Source: an uncultured Pseudomonadota bacterium
Lineage (GTDB): Bacteria; Oederibacteriota; Muellerivitia; Muellerivitales; Muellerivitaceae
Direction: 5' to 3'
NCBI GenBank assembly: GCA_963836235.1
Contig: CAWIIP010000002.1
Span: forward strand, 1,568,001 to 1,632,000
Length of the DNA: 64,000 bases
Positions within the stretch are counted from its first letter, which is position 1. Each line of letters starts with the position of its first letter. Shown one piece after another: positions 20,751 through 30,448 of this stretch. The notes below the pieces were generated by a model. That model searched no databases, had not been told where the DNA came from, and saw only the letters and a program-made list of their open reading frames with translations. The position numbers and the translations under genes were made by a program.

Positions 20751-21116
20751 ATGCGCAAGTTCGCCAAAACCCATGAATGGTACGAAGACTTAGGCTCCGG
20801 CAAGACCAAGATCGGCATTTCAAAGCACGCGGCCCATGAACTTTCTGATGTGGTCTTTATCGAGCTTCCCGACGTGGGAAAAAAACTGGCGGACAAGCAA
20901 AGCCTTTGCGTTTTGGAATCGGTAAAGGCCGTGGCCGACGCCTATTCCCCCGCCGGAACCGTGGTGGAAGTGAACACAAAACTGAAAGACCAAGCCGCCC
21001 TCGTGAACCAAGACCCGGAAGGGGCCGGCTGGATCGCCATCGTGCAGTTGGACAACCCCAAAGCGTTGGATGAGTATTTAACCGAAGAACAATATCTCGC
21101 CACGCTCTCTCACTAA
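20751..21116 (+). CDS. gcvH: Glycine cleavage system H protein
   Basis: THEW, GIS..A..EL.DVVFIELP, lipoyl motif LESVKAV, VNQDPEGAGWI. Confidence 0.95.
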   Translation: MRKFAKTHEWYEDLGSGKTKIGISKHAAHELSDVVFIELPDVGKKLADKQSLCVLESVKAVADAYSPAGTVVEVNTKLKDQAALVNQDPEGAGWIAIVQLDNPKALDEYLTEEQYLATLSH

Positions 21117-21128
21117 ACGGAGATTTTC

Positions 21129-23854
21129 TTGGCTTATATTCCCATCACCCCCGACGACGAAAAAGAAATGCTGAAGGTCATCGGCGTGAAAGCGTTGGAC
21201 GACCTCTTCGCCGACGTACCCCCTTCCCAAATTCTTAAAGACGGCCTTAACCTTCCCCACGGCATGACCGAACCCGAACTGAAACGCTGGTTTAATCTTA
21301 TAGGAAAGAACAACCAGCCCGTTTCCGACCGTCCCTGCTTTTTGGGCGCGGGGCTTTATTACCACGAGGTGCCGGCGGCGGTGAAGGCCGTGGTGACCCG
21401 GCCCGAATTCCTGACTTCTTATACCCCCTACCAGCCGGAGATCGCCCAGGGTACCTTGCAAGTACTTTTTGATTTTCAAACCTATATGGTCGAATTGACG
21501 GGGTTGGAAGTTTCCAACGCCTCCCTTTACGACGGCGCTTCCGCCGTGGCGGAGGCGGCGCTCCTGGCCCTCCGCATCAAGAAGGCCGAATCCTTCCTTT
21601 ATGTTTCCCGCGGGGTTCATCCCGAGTACCGCCAAACCATCCAGACTTACCTGAACCCCCAGGGCCATCAAATCCGTGAAATCGGATTGAAGGGCACCGA
21701 AACCGATATCGAACAATTAAAAACGGACCTTTGGCCCAACTCGGTGGTGATCATTCAATATCCTAATTTCCTCGGCACCATCGAGGACCTGGCGGCCATA
21801 TCCAAAATCTGCAAGGAAAAGAACTCCTATCTGGTGATAGCCGTGGCCGAGGCCATGAACCTGGCCTTGCTGCCCACGCCCGCTTCCCTGGGCGCGGACG
21901 TCTGCGCCGGGAGCGCCCAATCCTTCGGCAATATCCTGGAATTTGGGGGCCCTCACGCGGGATTCTTGACCGCCCGCTTCGACGACATCCGGCAGATGCC
22001 GGGGCGCATCGTGGGCGAAACGGTCGATCGCAACGGCAAAAGTGCCTGTGTTCTTACCTTTCAGGCCCGCGAACAGCATATCCGCCGGGAGCGGGCGGCT
22101 TCCAACGTCTGCACGACCCAGTCCCTGATGGCCAATTTCGCCTCCGCATGGCTTTACTTCAAGGGTGGCAAGGGCGCCCAACAGGTGGCCAAAGACGGCG
22201 CCGCCACGGCCCACTTCTTGGCCACGGAGATCCAAAAGATACCGGGCTTCAAGGTGGAAACCGTCCGTTACGCCAATGAGTTCGTGGTCCGGCCCCCCTC
22301 ATCCGGCTTCGCCGACTTCATGGCCGAATGGGGCCTGGTGGCCCCTTACGATTTGTCCAATGATTATCCTGAGTTCAAAGACTGCGTACTGGTGGCTTGC
22401 ACCGAACTGACGTCGTTGGAAGACATGGAATCCTTTATTTCCGCCTGCGAGGAATTTTCCGCCAAGGGGCACGCGGGCAAAGTCCATCAAAAGCCCACGG
22501 AGCTTCCCAAGTGGATTAAGGCCCGAACCCGGCCGCCATCCCGGAACACCCGGAAGTGGACTTGGTACGCTATTACACCGACCTGGCCCGCAAGAATTTC
22601 TGCATCGACAACGGCTTTTACCCCTTGGGTTCCTGCACCATGAAATACAACCCGAAGGTGCACGAGGAAATCGCTTTTGCTGACGCTTGGGCCAATCTGC
22701 ACCCCGCCCAGCGCGAGGATGAGGTTCAAGGCGCGCTTCAAGTCATGTTCGACCTGGAACATTGGCTTCAGGAAATCACCGGATGCCACACTTTGACCCT
22801 GCAGCCCGCCGCCGGGGCGCATGGGGAGCTGACCGCCCTCTTGATGGCCAAGCGTTATTTCGCCGACCGGGGCGAGCACCAGAGGGTGAACGTGATCGTG
22901 CCGGATTCGGCTCACGGCACCAACCCGGCCTCCGCCACCATGGCGGGCTGGAAGACGGTCTCCATCCCCACCGACAGCCGGGGCAATATGGATATTCCGG
23001 CCCTGAAGGCCAAGCTGGGGAAAGATACGGCGGTTTTGATGCTGACAAACCCGAGCACGCTCGGGTTGTTCGAGGAACATATTTTGGAAGTAGCCAAGCT
23101 GGTTCATGACGCGGGGGGACTTCTTTATTATGACGGCGCCAATATGAACGCCATTGTGGGGATCTGCCGACCGGCGGATATGGGGTTCGACCTGGTGCAT
23201 CTGAATCTACACAAGACCTTTTCCACGCCGCACGGCGGCGGGGGTCCGGGATCGGGGCCGGTGGGCTGCACGAAAGCCCTCGAGCCTTATTTGCCCGAGC
23301 CCCGGGTGGCCAAGGAGGGGAACCGCTATTACTTGAAGTCCGGCTCGCCCCAATCCATCGGTCGCATGAAGGGGAATGTCGGTAATTTCGGCGTGCTCTT
23401 GCGGGCTCTGGCTTACTGCAAGCGCAACGGAAAAGAAGGGCTGGAAAGGGTAGGCCGCATCGCCACTCTCAACGCCAATTACCTTTTGGCGCGTTTGAAA
23501 AACCACTATCCGGTGGCCTATGACCGGCTCTGCAAGCACGAGTTCGTCCTGACCGCCGAGCCTCTGAAGAAGAAATACGGCATCTCGGCGCTGGATATCG
23601 CCAAGCGCATCATCGACTTCAACTACCATCCGCCCACCATTTATTTCCCGCTGGTGGTGCCCGAATCCATCATGGTGGAACCCACCGAAACCGAGACCAA
23701 GAAGACCCTGGACGAATTCGTGGACGCCATGCTGAAGATCCGCACCGAAATGGAAACCAACCCGGATGTTTTCAAAAACGCGCCTTACTCGACGCCGGTG
23801 TCAAGGCTAGATGAGGTGAAGGCGGTCAAGGAACCCAAGCTCGTTAAGAAGTAA
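21129..23854 (+). CDS. gcvP: Glycine dehydrogenase, GcvPA+GcvPB apparently fused, with one -1 frameshift near 22528
   Basis: PA motifs [28 protein letters not shown]; PB motifs [32 protein letters not shown]-frame homology begins before any start codon. Confidence 0.88.
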
Positions 23855-24098
23855 CCCGGATTATCTCAGTTTTTTGATTTAGAAAATCCTACCTGACCAT
23901 TCTCCAGACAAACAGAAATTTAATAAGGTTACTAAATGCCCTGATTTTAACGCTTCCTTCATTGATGTCGGCTCTTGTGCGGTTACTTCAGAATTAAATA
24001 GTTTCCTTTTGACGCCTACCCTAGCCTACCCTAGAATTTCTCAAGCTAACCACTTTCCCGCAGCCTTCGGCGCCTAAATTCGAAATAATGTTATTTAA

Positions 24099-24248
24099 AT
24101 GAAAATGCGCATCGCCGGAATATTTTCGCTTCTCATCGGAATGATCTTTCTCGTCATTGGCTGTCCGGCCAAAAATAATCCGGTCAACCCCGGGGCCCCA
24201 GCGAATACGGCAACAGTGACGAGTTCGCCAACTGACCTGCCGGATTAA
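24099..24248 (+). CDS. 49-aa lipoprotein or truncated lipoprotein remnant
   Basis: MKMRIAGIFSLLIGMIFLVIG-CPAKNNPVNPGAPANTATVTSSPTDLPD*; lipobox VIG-C; shorter than anything in the ORF track. Confidence 0.5.
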   Translation: MKMRIAGIFSLLIGMIFLVIGCPAKNNPVNPGAPANTATVTSSPTDLPD

Positions 24249-24325
24249 GGCGGATTCTGCCGACCCCACGTCAAGGAACGAATCCTTTTAAGTTAGACTA
24301 CATTTGTGGTAACATTTTTGGGGAG

Positions 24326-24568
24326 GTGAAACCCATGAAAGTAGCGTCGGTTCGTGATTTTAAGGCAAAGGCCACCCAGTATCTTAACAATGATGAGGAA
24401 GTCGTGGTCACGCGCCACGGCAAGCCCATCGCCGTCTTGACCCACGTCAAATCCAATTCCGTTGACTCGCTTCTTCTGGAGCTTCGGACCGCCCTCAAGG
24501 GCGCGGGGCTTTCCAAAAAGGAAGCGCTGGACGCCTTGGAAGAGGCCCGCAAAGAGGTCTACCGTTAA
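24326..24568 (+). CDS. Phd/YefM family antitoxin
   Basis: SVRDFKAKATQYL...VVVTRHGKPIAVL; GGGAGG ribosome-binding site upstream. Confidence 0.9.
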   Translation: MKPMKVASVRDFKAKATQYLNNDEEVVVTRHGKPIAVLTHVKSNSVDSLLLELRTALKGAGLSKKEALDALEEARKEVYR

Positions 24569-24983
24569 GGTTGTCTTGGACGCCAATGTGCTAATATCAG
24601 CCGTTTTCGGCGGATTCCCCGCTTTGGCCGTGAAGAAGGCTTTCCAAGGGGAGGTCTGGATATCCACGGATGTCAAAAAGGAACTTTTGGCGGTCAGCCG
24701 CCACCTTCCCAAGCGCTTATCCCAACAGCAGCTTCTGGCCTGGAACGCCGCCTTACTCCCCCTTATTTCCAAAATGCGGCTGGCGGGCACGCTTCATCCC
24801 ATTCATCTTTCCCGCGATCCCAAGGACGATATTTACCTGTCCTTGGCCAAGGCCGCCCCAGCCGATTTCCTGGTCACGGGCGACAAGGACCTCCTAACCA
24901 TCAAAAAAGAAAAACTGGAATCGGCGGGTCTTGGACGCCTGTTGATCATCACGCCAAGGGCATTCGTGGAGCGGACAATTTAA
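24564..24983 (+). CDS. PIN-domain (VapC-like) toxin; no canonical start at the expected position
   Basis: KVVLDANVLISA, RDPKDDIYL, ADFLVTGDKDLL, ITPRAF. Confidence 0.85.
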   Translation, partial: VKVVLDANVLISAVFGGFPALAVKKAFQGEVWISTDVKKELLAVSRHLPKRLSQQQLLAWNAALLPLISKMRLAGTLHPIHLSRDPKDDIYLSLAKAAPADFLVTGDKDLLTIKKEKLESAGLGRLLIITPRAFVERTI

Positions 24984-25044
24984 TCACGCTTTCCCATCCC
25001 AAGCCCCGTCCCTGCCAAGCCTGGAAGGGTAAAGACTGAACAGG

Positions 25045-25980
25045 CTAGGCCGTCATCGTTCCTTCGGCCAATTCCTCCATCTCGTTTTCCAACTGAATCC
25101 GGGCTGCTTCCAGCCGCTTTTTCCTGTCCGAAGTGATCTTGGGGAATTCCAGGCCGAGGGTAGTGATGGTTCCGGTCAGGATATCCGCGATCAAGGTGCG
25201 CGAGGCCCATTTGTGGTTGGAAGGGATGACGTACCAGGGGGCCCATTCGGTGGAGGTGGCGGCCAGGGCGTCTTCGTAGGCCTTCATGTAATCGTCCCAA
25301 TAGGCCCGCTCGGGCAGGTCCGAATCCGAAAATTTCCAGTGCTTGGCGGGGTTGTTCAGGCGCTCTAAAAGCCTTTTGCGCTGCTCTTCCTTCGACATGT
25401 GAAGGTAAAACTTCAGCACGATGATGCCGTTGCGCGTCAAGTGCTTCTCGAAGTGGTTGATGTCGCTGTAGCGGTGTTTCCAGATGTTCTCGCTTTTCAC
25501 GCCGGGCGGCAGTTTCTGGGTGTCCAAATATTCCGGATGCACCTTTACCACCAGCACGTCCTCGTAATAGGAACGGTTGAAGATGCCGATGCGCCCGCGC
25601 TGGGGGATGTTTTTCATGTAGCGCCAGAGAAAATTATGGTCCAGCTCGTCATTGGTGGGTTTCTTGAAGTTGTGCACCTGGCAGGCCTGGGGATTCAGGC
25701 CCGACATGACGTGGCGGATGATACCGTCCTTGCCCGCCGCGTCCATGGCCTGGAGGATGATCAGGATGCCATAGGTGTCGGATGCCCATAACAGATTCTG
25801 GGCCTCGGCCAGGTTTTCCAGGTTTCGCTTGAGGATTTTCTTGGCCAGCTTCATGACCCGTTCCTCGCCGAACTTGTCCAGCAGGTCCTTGTGGGAAGCC
25901 CAACCCGGGTCCAGGTCCTTGAAGTAAACACGCTTGCCGGGCTTCACGACGAACTTGTTCAGGAAACTTTTCTGCATCAT
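25045..25980 (-). CDS. ppk2: Polyphosphate kinase 2 (class III-like)
   Basis: QAMDAAGKDG, FNRSYYEDVL, WKFSDSD, APWYVIPSNHKW. Confidence 0.93.
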   Translation of the reverse strand: MMQKSFLNKFVVKPGKRVYFKDLDPGWASHKDLLDKFGEERVMKLAKKILKRNLENLAEAQNLLWASDTYGILIILQAMDAAGKDGIIRHVMSGLNPQACQVHNFKKPTNDELDHNFLWRYMKNIPQRGRIGIFNRSYYEDVLVVKVHPEYLDTQKLPPGVKSENIWKHRYSDINHFEKHLTRNGIIVLKFYLHMSKEEQRKRLLERLNNPAKHWKFSDSDLPERAYWDDYMKAYEDALAATSTEWAPWYVIPSNHKWASRTLIADILTGTITTLGLEFPKITSDRKKRLEAARIQLENEMEELAEGTMTA

Positions 25981-26166
25981 GGCGTTTCTCCTCAAGGGAT
26001 TCGGGTTAACGGAAGGCGATCATTATGCAAAGAGTGGAGCTGGGATGGGGAAATAGCAGGGTGTTTTTACTTAAAAGTAACAAATTGCGGTTTTCTGGAA
26101 ATGATCGGGGAAAATAGGTTGTTTTTAAGGGGGAAAAGCGGCTCCTGGCCATTAAAATCACTGTCC

Positions 26167-27645
26167 ATGGAAACCCCCGGCCATCCCAATCTTCTGCTCA
26201 ACATTGCCGTGAAGGCCATGGTGGACAAAGGCTTTGAGCCTGATTTTCCTTCCGATGCCCTGAAACAATTGGCCAGCCTAACCGAACCCTCGGGTAGCGG
26301 GGAAGATGGCTTGAAAGATTTGACCCATCTTCTTTGGTGCTCCATCGACAACGACGACTCCAAGGATTTGGACCAGTTGACGGTAGGTGAAAATCTTCCG
26401 GAGAACCGGTTGAAAGTTTACGTGGCCGTGGCGGATGTGGACGAACTGGTCAGATTGGGAACGCCGCTGGACCTGCACGCGAAAAAAAACACCACGTCCG
26501 TCTACACCGGCGTCAAAATTTTCCCCATGCTGCCTGAAAAGCTTTCCACCGACCTGACCTCCCTCAATGAAAACGAGAAGCGGGTGGCACTGGTGATTGA
26601 AATGACTTTGGACGCCGAAGGCCATGTGGCCGTTTCCCTGGTCTACCGGGCCTGGGTTCTAAACAAGGCCAAGCTTACCTACAACGGGGTTGGAGCCTGG
26701 CTCGAGGGGAAAGGCCCCCTTCCCGTTGCCGTAGTCAAGGTGCCGGGCCTGGCCGAAAACTTGAAGTTACAGGACGAGGCCGCCCAACGCCTGAAAGCCC
26801 TTCGACATCAGCAGGGAGCATTGGAACTGGAAACCCTCCAGCCCAGGCCGGTGACACTGGACGGCGAAGTGGTGGACCTGGCGCTGGAGTCCAAGAACCG
26901 CGCGGGGGAACTTATCGAGGATTTCATGATCGCCGCCAACGGCGTCACCGCGCGGTTCCTGACGACCGCCGGTTTTCCCACCCTGCGCCGGGTGGTCAAA
27001 ACGCCGGAACGATGGGACCGCATCGTTTCCGTGGCGGAAGACCATGGGGAAAAACTGCCGCCCGAACCCGACTCCAAGGCCCTCAATGAGTTTCTCCTGC
27101 GGCAAAAACAAAAAGACCCGCTGCGGTTCCCGGACCTGTCCTTGACCGTCATCAAGCTCATGGGCCGGGGCGAGTATGTGACGGAGATGCCGGGACAGGC
27201 GCCCTTGGGCCATTTCGGCCTGGCGGTGCGGGATTACAACCACTCCACCGCGCCCAACCGCCGCTACCCGGACCTGATTACCCACCGCCTCTTAAAAGCC
27301 GCCCTGGCCAAGGGGCAGCCACCCTATAGCCGGGACGATTTGAATTCCCTCGCCTTCCATTGCACCCAACAGGAAAACGCGGCGGACAAAGTGGAACGGC
27401 AGGTGCGGAAGTCCGCCAGCGCTTCATTTCTTTCCAAACGCGTTGGTGAGCATTTCGAGGCCCTGGTGACTGGAGCCTCGGACAAGGGCACCTGGATCAG
27501 GCTCTTGAAGCCGGTGGTGGAAGGGAAGCTGGTGCAGAACGCCCGGGGACTGGACGTGGGCGACCGCATCCGGGTCAAGCTAATCAGCGTGAATATCGAA
27601 CAAGGCTGGATCGACTTCGCCAATACGGGCCGCGCGGGAAAATAA
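26167..27645 (+). CDS. RNB-domain exoribonuclease (RNase II/R family, short form)
   Basis: SIDNDDSKDLDQ, LIEDFMIAAN, HFGLA...HSTAPNRRYPDLITHRLL; start METPGH at 26167. Confidence 0.92.
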   Translation: METPGHPNLLLNIAVKAMVDKGFEPDFPSDALKQLASLTEPSGSGEDGLKDLTHLLWCSIDNDDSKDLDQLTVGENLPENRLKVYVAVADVDELVRLGTPLDLHAKKNTTSVYTGVKIFPMLPEKLSTDLTSLNENEKRVALVIEMTLDAEGHVAVSLVYRAWVLNKAKLTYNGVGAWLEGKGPLPVAVVKVPGLAENLKLQDEAAQRLKALRHQQGALELETLQPRPVTLDGEVVDLALESKNRAGELIEDFMIAANGVTARFLTTAGFPTLRRVVKTPERWDRIVSVAEDHGEKLPPEPDSKALNEFLLRQKQKDPLRFPDLSLTVIKLMGRGEYVTEMPGQAPLGHFGLAVRDYNHSTAPNRRYPDLITHRLLKAALAKGQPPYSRDDLNSLAFHCTQQENAADKVERQVRKSASASFLSKRVGEHFEALVTGASDKGTWIRLLKPVVEGKLVQNARGLDVGDRIRVKLISVNIEQGWIDFANTGRAGK

Positions 27646-27648
27646 GCG

Positions 27649-27942
27649 ATGAAAAAGTGCCATGCCTGCGGCCAAACCTGAGAGGGTTCGCCTGGCACCC
27701 AGCCGGGGCGAAATGAAACCTGCGCCCAATGCGGGGCGGATATGCATTGTTGTCTCAACTGTTCCCTTCATAACCCTTCATTGAATAACCAATGTTCCAG
27801 CCGTTCGACGGAATATGTGAAAGATAAGGAAAAGCGTAACTTTTGCGACGAGTTTGAATTTATCTCCCCCAGCGGCGGAGAGAGTTCCGGGAAAAGCGAT
27901 AAGGGCGGCATGGAAGAAAAATGGAAGGATTTATTCAAGTAA
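27649..27942 (+). pseudogene. Cys-rich zinc-ribbon protein with in-frame TGA at codon 11
   Basis: MKKCHACGQT*EGSPGTQPGRNETCAQCGADMHCCLNC...KEKRNFCDEF; TGA at 27679-27681. Confidence 0.7.
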
Positions 27943-27988
27943 AAAGCTAGAATCTTCAAACTTTAACTTTAACAAATGGAGGCTTCAC

Positions 27989-28165
27989 ATGAAAAACGTC
28001 GAAATGAAAGTGGAAGGCAACATCCTGACCCTGAAGATCGACCTTTCGAAGGAATTCGGGCCGTCCGCCTCGGGCAAGACCACCATTATTGCTTCCACCG
28101 AAGGCAATATTTCGGTTCCCGACCGCGATGAGAAGGTTGGGCTGAACGTCTACAAAAAAAAATAA
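27989..28165 (+). CDS. Small conserved hypothetical protein (58 aa)
   Basis: GGAGG ribosome-binding site; MKNVEMKVEGNILTLKIDLSKEFGPSASGKTTIIASTEGN. Confidence 0.85.
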   Translation: MKNVEMKVEGNILTLKIDLSKEFGPSASGKTTIIASTEGNISVPDRDEKVGLNVYKKK

Positions 28166-28184
28166 TCCCGTTCAAGGAGACCGC

Positions 28185-30356
28185 ATGCGTAAAGCCCTTT
28201 GTCTCGCTGTGTTGATGATGGCTAGCCTCCGAACGCCTGCCTTTTCAGCCCAATTCAGTTCCATCATCGACAACGGGCCCGTTGGAAAGTTTGAAAAGTT
28301 TGAAGCCACCTACAGCCTGGGCCAGTCCTACCTGAACCCTTTTGATCCGGATCAGATCGACGTGACAGCGGTTTTCATCTCTCCTTCCGGGATAAGCCAC
28401 CAGGTGAAGGGATTCATCTACCAGGATTTCACCCGGAGCGGTGATTCCAAATCCGAAATTCTTACCCCTTCCGGCCCTTTGGTTTGGAAAATCCGGTTCA
28501 CGCCTAACGAAACAGGTACCTGGACTTATAGCTTGCAAGCCATCGACGCCTCCGGTACCGCCCGGGTGCCCGCCCGGTCTTTCACTGTTTCCGTTTCCAC
28601 CAACAAAGGCTTCGTTCGGGTTTCCTCCAAGGATCCGGAATATTTCGCCTTCGACAACGGGGAACCTTATTTCCCCTTAGGCGAAAATATGGGATGGGGC
28701 GGCGGTGGAAAAACTTTTGATTATGATAAGTGGTTGATGGCCCTTTCTTCAGCGGGCGGCAATTATATCCGTCTCTGGCAGGCACCCTGGAGCACGGAAA
28801 TCGAATGGGCCTATTCCTACGACGCCAGCACCAAACTTCCTGGGGATTACAGTGACCGGTTGAAAGAGGCTTGGGAACTTGACTATATCCTCGACCTCTG
28901 CTCGCAAAAAAAAGTCTACGCGCTTTTGTGCCTCATTAATCACGGAAAGTTTTCTTCCACTACCAATCCCAATTGGGATAACAATCCTTACAATAAAAAA
29001 GCCAACCCCAAGGGCGGTTTCCTGGATACGCCTGACCAGGTTTGGACCAGCCCCCAGGCGAAAAGCTATCTCCAGCGCAACTGGCGTTACTTGATCGCGC
29101 GCTACGCCCATTGCACCTCGCTGGAATCCTGGGAAATCTTTAACGAAATGGAATGGACCGACCATTACTCCGACCATGTGGCGGACTCGGCGACCTTCCA
29201 CCAGCAGATGGGGGATTATCTCAAGACGAACGATCCTTACAAGCACTTAGTCACCACCAGCTACGCCAACGCGCTGAAGTGGCCCACGGGGGTTTGGGAC
29301 AGCGGCATGCAATTTAGCCAGGAACACAATTATGGCGGGTTGGACATGGCCCAGGTGGTGGATTCGATCACCTCCCAAATGCGCTTCCGCAACCCTGGCA
29401 AGCCCTTTTATGTCGGGGAAATGGGGATTGGTGGAGCCGGCGGGGCCGAGAACCAAAAGGATCCCACGGGCATCTTCATTCACAATACCAATTGGGGATC
29501 CTTAACCGCCAAGGCGGCGGGGGGCGGATTCCCCTGGTGGTGGGATAATTACGTGGATCCCAATAATCTTTATTGGCGTTGGACGGGAATCGCAAATTTC
29601 GTTGTAGGAGAGGATATCGACAGCCGCAATTATCAGCCGGTAGCTTTCCAAGTGGTGACGCCTGGGCTGTCAGACCTCAGTTTTTCCCCCGGAAATAACG
29701 GTTGGGGCGTGAAAGCCCCCGAAAATCACTTTAACTTGACCTCGGACGGTGGGGTGGTTCCGGCGGAATCAAACCTGACCGGGTTTGTTTATAGCACGGC
29801 CAAGGCGGAATTTCGTAATCCCCCTACCTTTCACGTGGACCTAGCTCAATCCGCAAAATTCCGCGTGACCCTCAACACAATTTCTTCCTGGGGTACGCAA
29901 AAGTTGACCATCACCTTGGACGGCAAACCCACGTCGTTGGCCGATACTCCGGTGACGGCTAATGGCGCTTACGAGATCAAGGTTCCTCCAGGAGCCCATG
30001 ATTTGTTCGTGGATTCCACGGGTACGGACTGGTTTCAGGTGGCTTCCTATACACTCACCCAATACGTCGGGTCGCTGCGGTGTAAGGCTTTGAATGGCAC
30101 AGATCGGGTACTGGGCCGGGTGCAGTCCCGTTCCTATACTTTCAACAATCCCCAAAGCCAAAAAGTGGAGGGTGGGAAGCTGGAACTCAAGGGGTTGAAT
30201 CGTGATGGGAAATGGAACTTCGAATGGTGGGACACGGACAAGGGAATGAAGACGGGTGGAACTCAAGTAAAGGTGGTTCAGGGCGCGGCGGAAGTCCCCC
30301 TGCCCATCATCGCGACTGATTTGGCTTTTAAGGTTTTTTACGATGAAGGGAAATAG
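28185..30356 (+). CDS. Secreted DUF5060 + clan GH-A (GH5-like) glycoside hydrolase
   Basis: Signal peptide, NPFDPDQIDV, WKIRFTP, WEIFNE (acid/base), PFYVGEMG (nucleophile), WWWD. Confidence 0.82.
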   Translation: MRKALCLAVLMMASLRTPAFSAQFSSIIDNGPVGKFEKFEATYSLGQSYLNPFDPDQIDVTAVFISPSGISHQVKGFIYQDFTRSGDSKSEILTPSGPLVWKIRFTPNETGTWTYSLQAIDASGTARVPARSFTVSVSTNKGFVRVSSKDPEYFAFDNGEPYFPLGENMGWGGGGKTFDYDKWLMALSSAGGNYIRLWQAPWSTEIEWAYSYDASTKLPGDYSDRLKEAWELDYILDLCSQKKVYALLCLINHGKFSSTTNPNWDNNPYNKKANPKGGFLDTPDQVWTSPQAKSYLQRNWRYLIARYAHCTSLESWEIFNEMEWTDHYSDHVADSATFHQQMGDYLKTNDPYKHLVTTSYANALKWPTGVWDSGMQFSQEHNYGGLDMAQVVDSITSQMRFRNPGKPFYVGEMGIGGAGGAENQKDPTGIFIHNTNWGSLTAKAAGGGFPWWWDNYVDPNNLYWRWTGIANFVVGEDIDSRNYQPVAFQVVTPGLSDLSFSPGNNGWGVKAPENHFNLTSDGGVVPAESNLTGFVYSTAKAEFRNPPTFHVDLAQSAKFRVTLNTISSWGTQKLTITLDGKPTSLADTPVTANGAYEIKVPPGAHDLFVDSTGTDWFQVASYTLTQYVGSLRCKALNGTDRVLGRVQSRSYTFNNPQSQKVEGGKLELKGLNRDGKWNFEWWDTDKGMKTGGTQVKVVQGAAEVPLPIIATDLAFKVFYDEGK

Positions 30357-30448
30357 TATTTTTACGGGACCGGGTTCTTTTCAAAATTGATTTTTTGAAC
30401 TTGAAAAAAGGGTGGAAATAGGGAGACCCTTTCCCCTACACTCGCTCC

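Noticed and set aside
27679-27681. Genome-wide TGA recoding (code 4/25)
   Set aside because: TGA terminates several genes (ends at 630, 17699, 39143, 59746) and Trp is TGG elsewhere.
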